From: the human T2T-CHM13v2.0 reference genome, Homo sapiens
Direction: 5' to 3' (one strand)
NCBI RefSeq assembly: GCF_009914755.1
Contig: NC_060931.1
DNA: 64,000 bases
A model generated the notes under the pieces. That model was not told the DNA's origin, searched no databases, and saw nothing but the letters and a program-made list of their open reading frames with translations. How positions within the stretch are numbered: the stretch's first letter is position 1; each line of letters starts with the position of its first letter. This document shows positions 37,920-57,663 of this stretch, piece after piece. The position numbers and the translations under genes are program-made.

Positions 37920-38761
37920 TGCTATGATATATATTAGTTTTTATCCATGGTTCCTGGTCCATAACTCCCTTAGCCCTCGTTATAGTCTTTTGTTATAATA
38001 TTTAGTGTGTTAGATCTTAGGAACAAGTCTCAGGAGACAGAATCTCTCTGATTTTCCCCTGCCCCCCTTTCATCTGCCCAAAGGCAGGACTCTAATCTTC
38101 CCCTGCCTTTCTGATTGTGGGTCTTAAGACCCTTTCCAGAGAGGGTCCTCCCCTATACCCTGGGGGACAAAATGCTGACATCGTGAGGCATCCATAAAAA
38201 CCCAAGAGGGGCTGGGGGTGGTGGTTCATGCCTGCAATCCCAGCACTTTGGGAGGCTGAGGCGGAAGGATCACCTGAGGTCAAGAGTTTGAGACCAGCAT
38301 GGTGAAACTCTGCCTCTACTAAAAATACAAAAATTAGCCAGGCACACCTGTAGTCCCAACTACTCAGGAGGATGAGGCACAATAATCGCTTGAACCTGGG
38401 AGGCGGAGGAGGTTACAGTGAGCAGACATCACACCACTGCACTACAGCTTGAGCGACAGAGCGAGACCCTGTCTGAAATGAAAAAACAAAACCAAAAAAA
38501 AAAACAAGAGGACAGGGTTCAGTTTGGGGAGCTTCTGGATAGCTGAACACGTGGAAGTTCCTGGAGGGTGGAACTACCTACCTCTCTCTAGGTAGATAGT
38601 GTCAGAATGGAATTGAAGGACTCCCGGCTTGTGTCTGCTGCTTGGTGTGGGAGGAAAACCCCTGCGCATCTGGTCACAGAAGTCTTCCTCTGTGTTGACA
38701 GTTGTGGTGGTGGTGGTACGAGAGTCGAGGAAAAACACAGCTGAAGAGTTTTTCTGAAACA
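37920..38761. mobile_element. MER21-like LTR with Alu insertion (38209-38505)
   Basis: ccatggttcctgg...ccataaaaacccaagagg [Alu] ...gaaaaacacag. Confidence 0.7.
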
Positions 38762-39131
38762 CTCACTCTTTTCCTGCAATGGGAAACACTGCAGGCTCCC
38801 AGCTCATCCCAGCCAGGCACGCTGCCTGGCTTCCCTCGCCTTGCCTTTGGTGTTTTCTCACTTTTTAGTTGACTTCTAGCTTTCTCTCTTAGGTGATCTA
38901 TTCAGTATGTGATTATCGACTGGCTGTTTTGGTTCTTCTTTGTGAAGGAGGTGAGTACCAGATGCCTCTGGTCAGCCAATGTGAAGCCCCTCTGTCTCCC
39001 TGCCTCTGTGATATTATCAGGGTCACCCAAAAAATCAAGAAAAAATGAAGGTGGCGGTGGCCACAGAGATGCTGAATAATTAATTTTGAACTTCATTAAA
39101 ACATTTTAAAAGATATTAAAATGCAAGGGTC

Positions 39132-40136
<1,005 letters not shown>

Positions 40137-40350
40137 GAAGGAAACAAAATGAGAAGAGGGTTAATCTACTCAACAGGTAAAGAATGCAACCTAACCAATG
40201 ATATAGAAAACACAAAATAAGGATAGTACAAATGAGTCCAACAGTGTCTCTATTCACACATACACACACCCACATATGTGCACACACATACACACAGAGG
40301 AAGTGGATTAAACTGATCTCTTTAAAGGCAAAGACTATCTGATTGGATGC

Positions 40351-40650
40351 TTTTTTTTTCTTTTTTTGAGACGGAATTTTGCGAGTGTTGCCGAGGTGGG
40401 AGTGCAATGCTGTGATCTTGGCTCACTGCAGCCTCTGCCTCCTGGTTCCAAGCAATTCTCCTGCCTCAGCCTCCTGAGTAGCTGGGATTACAGGTGCCCG
40501 CTACCATGCCTGGCTAATTTTTGTATTTTTAGTAGAAACGGGGTTTCGCCATGTTGGCCAGGCTGGTCTCGCACTCCTGACCTCAGGTGATCCACCCACC
40601 TCGGCCTCCCAAAGTGCTGGGATTACAGGCATGAGCCACCACACCCAGCT
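40351..40650 (-). mobile_element. AluS
   Basis: TSD gattggatgctttt. Confidence 0.95.
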
Positions 40651-41553
40651 GATTGGATGCTTTTAAATCCAGCTATATGCTACTTACAAAGACAAACCCA
40701 AGTAAAAACACACAGAAATGCTGAAAATAAATATAATCAAACTATATTAAAGAGACATTAATAAATTATGATCGAAAAAAACAGAGGAGATGATAACCGC
40801 GCCAAAAGATAATAGTTTGTAAAGACTAATAATATAGATGGACCTCTAGCTAATCTAAAAAATATATATAAACTCTTAAGAGTAAATAATTAATCAAAAG
40901 AATACTCTCTTACAAAGGAGGAAAGAAAAGATGATGGCTTTCTAGCTAGCGAGGTTAATTCAGGTGAAACAGCACAGATGAGCCAAAAAAACACTCTTTC
41001 TCTTTGCATAGTGGAGGGTGGAAGAGAGAGAGTGAGGGGGGAACAGGCAGAAGTGTGAAATGATTGGGAGCCTTTGACCATTTAAATGAGAAGGCCAAGA
41101 AAGTAGTAGGAAGCCAGCCAAGTAGAATTAAATGCTTGATCAAAGTCGCAAGGTGTGTAAGCCACTCCTGGTTGCTTTAGAATCAGAATCTACTCATCTC
41201 ATGAAATAAACGGTAATTTGAAGAGAGATGTAGTGTATCATCCTTCAAAGTCACAATAACCAAAATAGCAAGAATGATGTTATCCAGGTGAAGAATTTGA
41301 GTCATGTATAGAAGAGTTAACTTGCCCCCACGCACTGGAGAGAACATTTGGACCATGCTGACTGGTTCCAGCCTCCAGTGACTCATGAACATGTGGAGGT
41401 GCTTATTCTCTCCCTCTTCAATCCTGCCCCACCATGTGAACATCACTGGAGGGGTACAGGAGACCCATGGCAGGGGCTGGTACCCTTCTGGAGAGATATG
41501 GGAGACCCATGGCAGGAGTTGGGTCTTGCCACCCAAGGCCATCCCAGACCAGC

Positions 41554-41665
41554 TGCAGAGTAAATGCACCTGACAGCAATAACTTTAGCATACACTTAGA
41601 GTAACCCTGTATGGCAAACACACCTGAATGACTCTGGCTAAGCTTATGTAGGAAATGAACCATGG
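41554..41665 (+). mobile_element. ERV1 LTR 5' fragment (MER61-like); upstream DNA possibly ERV internal
   Basis: aaatgcacctgacagcaataactttagcatac...cacctgaatg. Confidence 0.5.
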
Positions 41666-42180
41666 AGTTGCAGATTCACGCAATTAAGTATCCACACATG
41701 GTTGGCTGTTATCCTCATTCATTACTGCCCAGATTCTTCTACTTGGCAAAGATGGAAGTTCTTTCTCTCTCCTGGGGACGTAGCAAGTTGGCTTGAGTTT
41801 GGAGCCGTCCAGGCAGACTGTAGCTTGAGTTATTATTTCTCTGCTTGCTACTGCCCAGGAGCACTGAGTTACTCCATGTAAGAGTACAACAATGAATCAA
41901 AACAAAGAAGAAAAAGACACACCACCAAATTGAAAAACCTGGCAAAGACGATGAACAGGCAAGCTACAAAAGAGAGAACCCAACTGGCCAATAAAGACGG
42001 GGAAATGTTCAGCCTCTCTGAAGTGAAAAGCAGAGCAAATCAAAACGACTATGAAATATCATTTCACACTCTGCGTATTGGCAAAGATTAAGTTACCAAG
42101 GATGCAGGTAAGTGGGAGCTTTCATAAGGTATTGATGAGATTGTGCATTGAAACAAAGCTCTTTAGAAAGCAACGCAGCA

Positions 42181-43194
<1,014 letters not shown>

Positions 43195-43664
43195 TAAAAA
43201 GCATCTTGATGCTTAAAAATATAAACCCAGCTCATTGCAGTCTTACACCATTTAGATAAAATTATACAAGATATTCTCAACACGCACAGTGTGGGTGAAC
43301 AGAAACTGGCTGAGCAGAATAAAGGTCTTGATCTTCAGCTGCAGACATCACCTTTCATTGATGCCTTTTATGTAAAGCACATTACTGTTTACACTACACA
43401 CCTACATAGAAAAACAGAAAAATGTGGTTAGAAAAGATAAAAGCCAATGTGGCCCAGTGGGAAAAAGAGAAGAACTTAAAACCGGGAAGAAAACTAAGAG
43501 GACACAGATCTACAATATTTCACCTCTTTAGAAATTCTGAAGCAAATGCTGCATAGTTTAACATTTGTTCAGTACAGGTGATTTGTTATATAACATGGTG
43601 TTTCCTATATTTGCTCTGTACTTTGTTGTAGGAGTAAAATATTTAGTTCTTAAAAGTCTTGTGG

Positions 43665-43976
<312 letters not shown>

Positions 43977-44908
43977 TCACAGGCCTGCCAGAATTTTCAC
44001 CTAGGGACAAAGTGACATTTCTCTGATGGGATACATTTTAAAGGGGCAACAGAAGGAAACAAATATAAAAGTTGTGCTTTGATTATGTCACGAGTTGTGC
44101 TTATTCAGTGTCTGTGAACACGAGGAACCACTGGCTTCAGGACAGGGGCCCGTGTGCTATTTCACAAGTCCATGCGGGGGCTGTGAGGACACAGGAGCAG
44201 GGCCCCCAGGGGTGGGCTAGGCAGTCTGCTTCCCCAGCAAGCCCTGACTACTAAGCAGCCTATGAATGCATGATGCAGGCATTAGCTTCAGGGAGGAGAG
44301 CAGAAAGGGAGGGGCCCATGGGCACAGGGAAGAGCCACTGGGCAAGTGTGGAGGTGCGAGGACATGTGTTGGGACCATGAGTAATTTGGGAGGTTTTCAG
44401 GGTAGGCTTGTGAAAGTGTTACGCAACCCCCATGAGAGGGGACTGGGCTTAGGAGGCAGATCATGAAGGGTTTCGGAATTTGCACTGTCCTCAGGGAGAA
44501 GTGGAGTCTTTGAAAGATTTTGAGCAGAGGCGTGACCTTGAAGGATCATGCAGTTCAGTCTCTTGCCTGCAGGCAGATAAATGTCTAAATCTTTCCGGAT
44601 AGCAGGCTCGTCTCTTTTTTATTGTCTCTAAGGACAGGCTCTAGAGTCTCCATCCTTTATCTTTTTTAGTGTTGGGCATATATAGCTGGGAGTGGAGAAG
44701 GTGACTGCACAGTGCAGGACAGATGGGGAAGGGAATGAGACCTCACTCCTCGAATCCAGCGGGTCCAGGGACACAGACTGGAGAGCAGTGGGGGAAGGGA
44801 GGCCGTGTCAGTCAGGCAGCAGGGCACAGAGTGCCCAGGTGTGACAACAGGTGTCAGCAAACAGTCTGCAGCAAGAGACAATGTCTGATGACAACGACAA
44901 GGATGGCC

Positions 44909-45180
44909 ATCTTCATCATCATCATCATCACCACCATCATTGTCGTCATCACAGCAGACACTGATACAGTACTTGTCATGTGTCAGGAAGTGTTTAATGC
45001 TTTGCACAGTTCCATCAACCCTAGGAGGTGTGTAAATCATATCCCCACTTTAAAGATGAAGGAAATGAAGCAAAAATAAGGAGAAGAAGTTGACTGTGCT
45101 TCCACAGCTTGTAAGGGGCATCTGGCACTCAGAAGCAGCCAGTTGGCTCCAGCATCTATGAGCCTAACCACAACACCATA
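44909..45180. repeat. (CAT)n microsatellite leading into a MIR
   Basis: catcatcatcatcatcaccaccatcat; atccccactttaaagatgaaggaaatgaagc. Confidence 0.7.
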
Positions 45181-45291
45181 TCGTATCTCCAAAGGTGTGT
45201 GCGCGCATCCTGCCAGGCACAGAAACTGCGGCAGAGGCGGCTCTCAGGAAGGCATAGCCGGTGCCCCAAGCCCACAGTCATGTGGAATAGA

Positions 45292-46390
45292 CTCAGAGAG
45301 CATACTTGTTGGTTTCATTCTACATCCTTTCTCCGACACATGGCTGAATTAGTGGAAATTCCTCCCAGATATAGGCCTGTGGTCATCTTTTATCTCCAGG
45401 TCACAGTTGGCACTGACTATATTTTTAATTTATTTCTGTGTGTATTCTTCTGGGAAATTAGGAGAAGTCTCCACGTATGAGACGCTAAAAGCAGGGCCCT
45501 AGCTATGAGAATGAGATCCAGGCACAGACGCTGACCCGGGCCATCGATCAGAGCTGGTTCACAAGAAATCTGATGCTTGCTGTTTCCATGTAGAGCACTA
45601 CATGGGAATAGGAGGGAGGGGACTGGACACACAGTGAGTGACAGTGTGTCCAGCATCTCAGATGTGGTCTCTCATTTCATCCTCACAATGACCTTGTCAT
45701 GCAGACATTCCTATGAGAGCTAAGGAAGCAGGCTCAGAGGGGCACAATAACAGGCTCACAGTCCCACAGCAAACAGGAGGCACAGCTGGGAGTAAGTTTA
45801 TTTGCCTCAAAGCCCTGTGCTTTTTTCTATTACTCCTCACTGGGAATTTTGCAAGTATCAGCCAATTGCATGCTGGCCCAGAGTCAAACCAGATTTCCTT
45901 GCTAATTTCCCAGAAGAATACACAAAGAAATAAAAAAGATAGTGCCAACTGTGAACTATAGATAAGAGATGACTGGCTGGGCACGGTGGCTCATACCTCT
46001 ATTCCCAACACTTTGGGAGGCTGAGGTGGGTGGATCACCTGAGGTCACGAGTTCGAGAGGAGCCTGGCCAACATGGTGAAACCCCGTCTCTACTAAAAAC
46101 ACAAAAATTAGCTGGGCGTGATGGCATGTGCCTGTAGTCCCAGCTACTCAGGAGGCTGAGGCAAGAGAACTGCCTGAAGCCAGGAGGCGGAGGTTTGCAG
46201 TGAGCAGAGGTCGCATCACTGTACTCCAGCCTGGGCAACGGAGTGAGATTCCATCTATTAAAAAAAAAAAAAAAAAGATGATCACAAGGCCAATATCTGG
46301 GAGGAATTTCCACTAATTCAGCTATGTGTCTAATTCAGCCGTGTGTCTGAGAAACGATGTAGAAAGAAACCACCAAGTACACTCTCTGAG
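45292..46390. repeat. Long inverted repeat: left arm 45292-45461; right arm 45902-45973 plus 46277-46390, split by an Alu
   Basis: gctgaattagtggaaattcctcccagata vs tatctgggaggaatttccactaattcagc; tgtgtattcttctgggaaattag vs ctaatttcccagaagaatacaca. Confidence 0.95.
45975..46276 (+). mobile_element. AluS inside the right arm of the inverted repeat
   Basis: Alu consensus; agatga TSD-like flanks. Confidence 0.95.
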
Positions 46391-46777
46391 CCACAAGAAG
46401 ACAAACAGCCCCAAAGAAATTGGAAAACCAAGATAGATAACCTTTGCACTTTGCGACAAATCGCAGGATACTGGGAAAATACGGATCCGGGGCGAGGGTT
46501 GGAGGGGAGTTAGCACAATAGTTTTGAAAAGGAAATGAAGGAAAATAAACATTATCCTGATTAGAGGAGAAAAACAACTCCAAAAATCACTGTTAGCAAA
46601 CAAAGATGGTGCTTTAACACAGCTTAGTGTCTTAAAAAAAATCCAGGCACACTATGGAACAGAAGCAGGAGGAGAAGAAATTGAAAAGGGAATGAAGCCG
46701 AAAGGGATTCAAGAAAGACAGAAGAAGATACTAGGAAAATAAAAAACCAAGAGCAAAATCAAAATTACGTTGTAGGT

Positions 46778-47719
<942 letters not shown>

Positions 47720-47826
47720 GTTTCATACAGCACAACATACACTCCAGAAATCAAGGAGTACTAACGCAGAGGACCAACATTAGAATCTCTCTAAATCAGG
47801 AGTACTAACGCAGAGGACCAACATCA

Positions 47827-48336
<510 letters not shown>

Positions 48337-48688
48337 TTAGAAGTGCAAAGCAAAGTAATAAAGATGAACCATTCTGACCAATCAATCTATAACATGATTT
48401 TAAACAAATAAGAAAAAAAAATCATAAGCACCAGGCAGGTTGTACAAAACAGATTCTCTACAAGGAATATAATCAAGCCAAGTTCAAACTTATTTTCTAC
48501 AAAGAACAAGAAAACAAGGGACAGATACTTAAAAGTAGTTCCAGTGAGGCATTCTGCCTACAATTTTACTTAGAGGAAGGTTGTGGCTGGTGCCATTTGT
48601 GGTATGGCCAGAAGCCACTCACTTCCCCTCTTCCTTTCTTAAAAAACAAAACAAAACAAAAAACTGATTTGATTTGATAATAATGAGT

Positions 48689-49638
48689 TGTAAAAATAAG
48701 TAATTCAAAATCTAAGCTGTTGGAACTTTAAAATACTTTGACCCTTAAGGGCATGTGATTATGGGAACTGAGTCACATAAACAGGCAGCTGTAACCTAGG
48801 CAGCTATAACCTTTGTTTGTATGATTATAGATTATTCTTCTTCCTTACCTGTTAATACATTGTTTTAGAAATTGTAAATGATGAAAGCACATCAGGGAAG
48901 ACCCCTTCTCTGTTCACTGTTTATCTTCATTATAGATTAACTTCCCACTTACCTTTCTAACACAAAGACATTATGACTATCACATTGTCTAAGATGGAAT
49001 GTTAAATACACTTGTTTAAATTGGAAAGGAAATGAAAACAAGCTGCATAGAAAAGAAAATAAACTGTAACTAACTAAATTGCTGCAGCTCATAAACTAGC
49101 CTTGTATAAGAAAATGTTATAATTCTACTAAATTCCTTTGTTTACTGCCTATATAAGCAAGACTTTCACATTTTTTTTTACTATTATTTTTCTTAGAGAA
49201 AGAGCCTCATTGTTGCCCAGGCTGGGATGCAGTGGTGCAATCATGGCTCACTGCAGCCTCAAACTCCTTGGCTTGAGCCATCCTCCCACCTCAGCCTCCT
49301 GAGTAGCTGGGACTACAGGTGCACATCACCATGCCCGCTAAGTTTTAAATTTTTCTTGCAGAGATGGGGTCTTCCTATGTTGCCCAGGTTTGTCTCAAAC
49401 TCCTGGCTTCAAGCAATCCTCCAGCCTTGACCTTCCAAACCAATGGGATTATATGTGTAAGCCATCGCACCCAGCAAAGACCTTAACTTTTAACTTGAGA
49501 GCACTGACCCCATTTCTCTGGAGTTTGTGTTTCCTGAATGGCTATTCTTACCTTTGGGCTGCAATAAACTCTATACTTAATCATATTTTCGAGACCAGCC
49601 GAAATATCGTTATTAAATCTCGTTACTTAAGGTTGACA
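48689..49638 (+). mobile_element. ERV1 LTR (LTR24-like) with AluJ insertion (49171-49475, minus)
   Basis: TGTAAAAATAAGTAATTCAAAATCTAAGCTGTTGG...GGTTGACA; AATAAA near 49563. Confidence 0.7.
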
Positions 49639-50028
49639 GACTCCAGCACCAAGGGTGGATCATAGCAGATCTAAGCCAATCACGATCACTGGCCTCTTTT
49701 CCTATTTTCTCAGCTTCTCTTGCTGCTAAGAGTAGGCATACCATTCTGATCTTGCTGATGAAACTTACAGGGAAAAGCTGCTAGGAGATTTCTGAGAAAG
49801 AGTTCCCTTCGCTCATAAGAAAGAGAACCATTGGAGAAGAAAGAGAACCATTGGAGAAGAAAGGCTTTTTTTTGCTACCACCCCCACCCCATTCCAAATA
49901 TAGTTCTGGTGTCTGAGGCTGTAGCAGCCCTTTTGTAGCCAGAAGGCAACATGGATGAGGATGTACTTCCTACAGGCTGAGGATGTAAAGTGGAAGACGG
50001 AGGTGCAGAGGCCCAGGAAGACATATCA

Positions 50029-50666
<638 letters not shown>

Positions 50667-50972
50667 TAAACAACCTTCTCAAATGAAGGCCTTAATTAAA
50701 CTAATGTACATTATGAACCTGCAAGAGATGAACTGATATGAAGCATTTTTACTACAAAAAATGTTGAATTATACGACTGAAATTTAAATGTTGTGACCCC
50801 AAACTCTATATTCAGTCCTATTTTAATTTTATTCATAAAGTTAATGGAATAATATTTTCAGATCTGCAAAGGCCTAGAAAAATATGTCTCTTGAGTAATA
50901 CCCAACCCCTACTATAAAAATTTTTAAGAAATGTTTAAATTTTTAAAAATTTTATGAGATTAATTATAATTA

Positions 50973-51353
<381 letters not shown>

Positions 51354-51368
51354 CAGTGATAGTAAAAT

Positions 51369-52307
<939 letters not shown>

Positions 52308-53220
52308 AAATTAACTGTTGTAAATATGATACAAAACTAAACACAAGGCCGGCTGCCGTGGCTCACACCTGTAATCCCAGCACTTTGAGAGGCCGAGGTG
52401 GGTGAATCACCTGAGGTCAGGAGTTTGAGAGCAGCCCCAGACAAACCCCACATGACAGGCAAGGAGGATCTATTGGAATACCACTAACAGTAAAAAGCTA
52501 AGGGAGGTGCTTTCCTTCCCTGGCAGGCCTGAAATCTCCCTCTCTCACCAAAATATAACACGACAGCCCCAGCAAGGTAGATCTCCACCAAAACAAACAG
52601 CCTGATCCTTGTGGTTGAATCCACTATACTGTTGCCCAGAGATTGGAGGCAACAGTATAGTGGATTCAACCACAAGTGCGTGGCCTGGGGAATGCTCTGT
52701 TCCCCACAGCAGAGGAGAATCTCGTCATAAAAAGCACTTGGCTTAGGAAGCCTCCTTGTTCCTGCTTAAGAATCTCCTCCCGCAAAGAGATACACCTGCC
52801 ATCTTTGCCTAAGAAAATCTTTTCTGCCCCGTCAAGAAGCACCAGGAGGAACCACTGGGACCCCAGCAGCCCTGTATAAACCAGGCTGGCTAATAGAGCA
52901 CCATAAAGGCACTGCAAACAAGTTCTCATTGCAACCATAGTCCGCAAAAGTATACCAGAATCTAAACCTAAACGAGGTGACTAAACCTAAACATGACTAA
53001 ACCTAAACAAGATAACTGCCTACTAAAAGAAAAGATTTAAATAGAATCCAGAGTCCATGAAGCTACCAGATGAAATATCTGCGATAATAATAGAAAATCA
53101 CTCATCACATCAAGAACCAAGAAACTCACAACTTGAATGAGAAAAGACACTTAACTGACTTCAATACTGAGATGAGTCAGACATTGAAATCATCCACAAA
53201 GGATTTTAAAGAAACCATCA

Positions 53221-53618
53221 TGCCCCAGTGAGTGTTGTTCCCCTCCCTGTGTCCATGTGTTCTCATTGTTCAGCTCCCACCTATAAGTGAGAACATGTGG
53301 TGTTTGGTTTTCTGTACCTGAGTTAGTTAGCTGAGGATAATGGCTTCCAGCTCCAGCTATGTCCCTGCAAAGGACATGATCTCATTCTGTTTTATGTCTG
53401 CATAGTATTCCGTGGTGTATATGTACCACTTTCTTTATCCAGTCTGTCAGGAGAGCAAGGGGGAGGGAGAGCATCAGGATAAATAGCTAATGCATGCAGG
53501 GCTTATTACCCTGGATGATGGGTTGATATAGCCACCATGGCACATGTTTACCTATGTAACAAACCTGCACTGTCCTGCACATGTATCCTTAAAATAAAAT
53601 AAAATTAAATTAAAAAAA
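53221..53618. mobile_element. 5'-inverted (twin-primed) L1PA 3' fragment
   Basis: minus-strand L1 3' UTR 53221-53449 joined to plus-strand terminus with poly-A. Confidence 0.85.
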
Positions 53619-54604
53619 GAAGTCACCATGATGTTTCAACAATCAATTAAAAAGTCTACTGAAACAAATGAAACATAAGAAAATCTCAACAAGTAAATAA
53701 GAGTTATAAAAAAGAACCAGCTGGGCTTGGTGGTGCAAGTAAATAGGAGTTATAAAAAAGAACCAGCTGGGCTTGGTGGCGCACATCTATAATCCCAGTA
53801 CTTTGGGGAGGCCAAGGTGGGAGGATTGCTTGAGGCCAGGAGTTCAAGACCAGCCTGGAAAACACAGTGAGACTTTATTTCTACAAAAACAAATTTAAAT
53901 TAGCTGGTTGTGGTGGCATGCACTGATAGTCCCAGCTACTCATGCGAGTGACTGAGGCAGGAGGATGGCTTGAGCCCAGGATTTGGGGGTTGCAGTGAAC
54001 TATGACTGCACCACTGCTCTCCAGCCTGGGCTACAGAGCAAGATCCTGTCTCTAAAAAAAAAAAGAAAGAAAGAAAGAATCAAATGGAACCAAATGGAAA
54101 TTACAAAACTGAAAAAAATCAAAATGTACTGGATAGGAGAGTAGAGGACAGATGACAGATGTCAAAATCAGTGATTGTGAGGACAGATCAATAAAATTCA
54201 CTCATTATGAACACCAGAAAGAAAATAGATGAAATGATATAAACAGATCCTCAGGGGCAATTAAAAAATTCAACGCTCATCAGAGTCCCAGAAGGAGAGG
54301 AGACACAAAATGGTGCTAAAGAGTATTCAAAGAAGGAATAGCCAAAAATCTCCAAATTTGGTGAAAAACACAAACCAAAGATGCAACAAGCTGATCAAAC
54401 CTCATACAGAAAAAATCCAAATAAGCCTATGCAAAAACATGTTACAATTGAACTTCTGATGATAACTAAAAACTCAGAAAAATTCTAGAAAGCATCCAGA
54501 AAGAAATGATGCATTACTTATAGGCAAAAAAAATTCAAATGACAATAATGTCCCTATCTGAAATTATGGAGGCCAGAAGTGGCACAACATTCTTCAAGTT
54601 GTGA

Positions 54605-54950
<346 letters not shown>

Positions 54951-55411
54951 TGAATTTTACATCTGGCAAAATTATTCTCTAGAAATGAGGGGAAATAAAA
55001 ACATTCTTGGATAAAGAAAAACCAAAAAATTTACCATGATCAGATTTACCCTTAAAAACTGCCCTAAAAGAAGTTCTTCAAACAGAAAAGAAATGGGAAG
55101 AGAATCAAGCTTGGGGCATCAAGGAGGAGGAAGAAATAAGAGGAACAGTAGCAATCTGGGTACATACAATAGACTATCCTTTTCCTTCTAAATTGTGTAA
55201 ATTATATTTAATGATTGAGACACAAATTATTAACAACCTCTTGTACTCAAGACAATGATATTTAAGAGCAGGGAAGGTAATGGTTCTAAAAGGAAATGCG
55301 GTTTTCATGTTCCACTTGAAGAGGCAAAATGTCGATACCAGTAAAGTCTGATGTCACAGAGCAACCACTACAAAAACTATACGAACAGATATACTTTTTT
55401 TTTTTTTTTGA

Positions 55412-55540
<129 letters not shown>

Positions 55541-57663
55541 TAATTTTTGTATTTTTAGTAGAGATGAGGTTTCACCATGTTGCCCAGACTGGTCTTGAAC
55601 TCCTGGACTCAAGCAATCGCCTGCCTTGGTCTCCCAAAGTGCTGGGATTGCAGGTGTGAGCCACCGCACCCAAAGAGATATACTTTAAAATGCAATGAAA
55701 AAATCAAGATGGAATCCTAAAAGCTGTTCAAGTACCCTACATGAAAAGAAAAACAGAGGAACAAGAATCCAAGGAACCAAACAGAAAAAAATTAATAAAA
55801 TGGTAGACTTACATAGATAATTAACTTAAATGTAAATGGTCTAAGTACACCAATAAAAAAACAGATTGGCAAAGTGGACAGAGACACAATCCAATTTTAT
55901 GCTGTTTACAAGAAACTGACTTCAAATTCAACAACATAGGCAGAATGGAAAATTATATAACCTGAAAATATTAATTTTAAGAAGCAGCAGTGGCTACATC
56001 AATACAAATAAAGTCAACTTCAGAGCAAAGAAAATCACTATTTAATAGAAGCAAAGAGGGACATTATATAATAGTCAAAGGATCAATCCACCAGGATGAT
56101 ATGCAATCTTAAATATGGCCACATCAAAAAGCTTCACAATACATGAAGCAAAAACAGAGTTAACAGGGAAAACAGACAAATTCACAATTATAGTTGGAAA
56201 CCTGAACAGCCACCTCTCAGCAAAGGACAGAACTACTAGGGAGAACAATCAGTATGTATACAGAGAACTACATAGCAGAATCAACCAGCAGGATCTAGCT
56301 CATATACACAGAACACTCCATCCAACAGCAGCATATGCATTTTTTTTTTTTGAGTTGGAATCTCACTCTGTCACCCAGGCTGGAGTGCAGTGGCATAATC
56401 TTGGCTCACTTGCAACCTCTGCATTCTGCCTCCCAAGTTACTCTCCTGCCTCAGCCTCCCAAGTAGCTGGGATTACAGGCATACACCACCACACCCTGCT
56501 AATTTTTCTATTTTTAGTAGAGACAGGTTTTGCCGTCGGCCAGGCTGGTCGCAAACTTCTGACCTCAAGTGATCCACCAGCCTCAGCCTCCCAAAGTGCT
56601 GAGATTACAGGCATGAGACACTGTGCCCAGCCATATGCATTTTTTTTAAATGACTACGGAACATTCACCAAGACAGATAATATAAAGGCTATAAAACAAA
56701 CCACAAAGATATAAATAACTGAAATCACACAGAATATGTTACCTGGCCATAATGAAATCAAACTAGAAACTAGCAACAGAAAGACACCAGGAAAACCTCT
56801 AAATACCTGGAAAATTAATAACACGCTGCTGAACTCAAGGTTCAAAGAAGTCTCAAAGTAAATAAAAATACAGAGAACTGAAAGAAAGTGAGCGTGGAAT
56901 GTCAATCAATAATCGAAGTTCCTATCTCAAGAAACTAAAAAAAGAACAATACAAAACAAAAAGCTACAAAGCAGGTGGAAAGAAGCAAATAGTAAGCTAA
57001 GAGCAGAAAACAATGAAATTGGATATAGAAAAATAAGAGAAAAATCATTGAAACAAAAGCATATTTTTCAAAAAAAAAGAATAAAATTGACACACCTCTA
57101 GCAACAGTGACAGAAAACAGCCACAGAAAACACAAATCACCAATATCAGAAATGAAACAGGGAATATTATTATATATCCTGCAACCATTAAGAAGAGAAT
57201 AGGGGAATACTATGAATAATTTTATACTCATAAATTCAACAACTTAGAAGAATTGGACCAATTCCTGGAAAACCACAAACCCCTAAAACAGATGAAATAG
57301 ATAATCTGAATGATGCTACACCATTAAAGAAATTGATTTCATAATTTAAAAGATTTTGAAAAAAAGAAAAAATCTCCAAGCCTAAATAGTTACATTGGAA
57401 AATTCTACCATTTAAATATGAATTAAAAACCATTTTATACCATCTCTCCCATAAACAGTTTTACACAACTCCCCACAAAATAAAAGAAATAGAAACACTT
57501 ACTAATTCATTTTACAAGGCCTCATAACAAAACCAGACAGCACAAAACAAACAAACAAACAAAAATTGCAGACCCTATCTCTCATGAACTTAGATGTAAG
57601 AATCTTAACAAAATACTAGCAAACTGAATCCAGTAATGTATAAAAAGAATCATACACCATGAC

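Noticed and set aside
44666-45079. Asp-rich and Ile-rich ORFs
   Set aside because: Caused by a (CAT)n microsatellite at a MIR end.
56115-56714. 199-aa ORF, the longest in the window
   Set aside because: Chimera of degenerate L1 ORF2 endonuclease and an antisense Alu.
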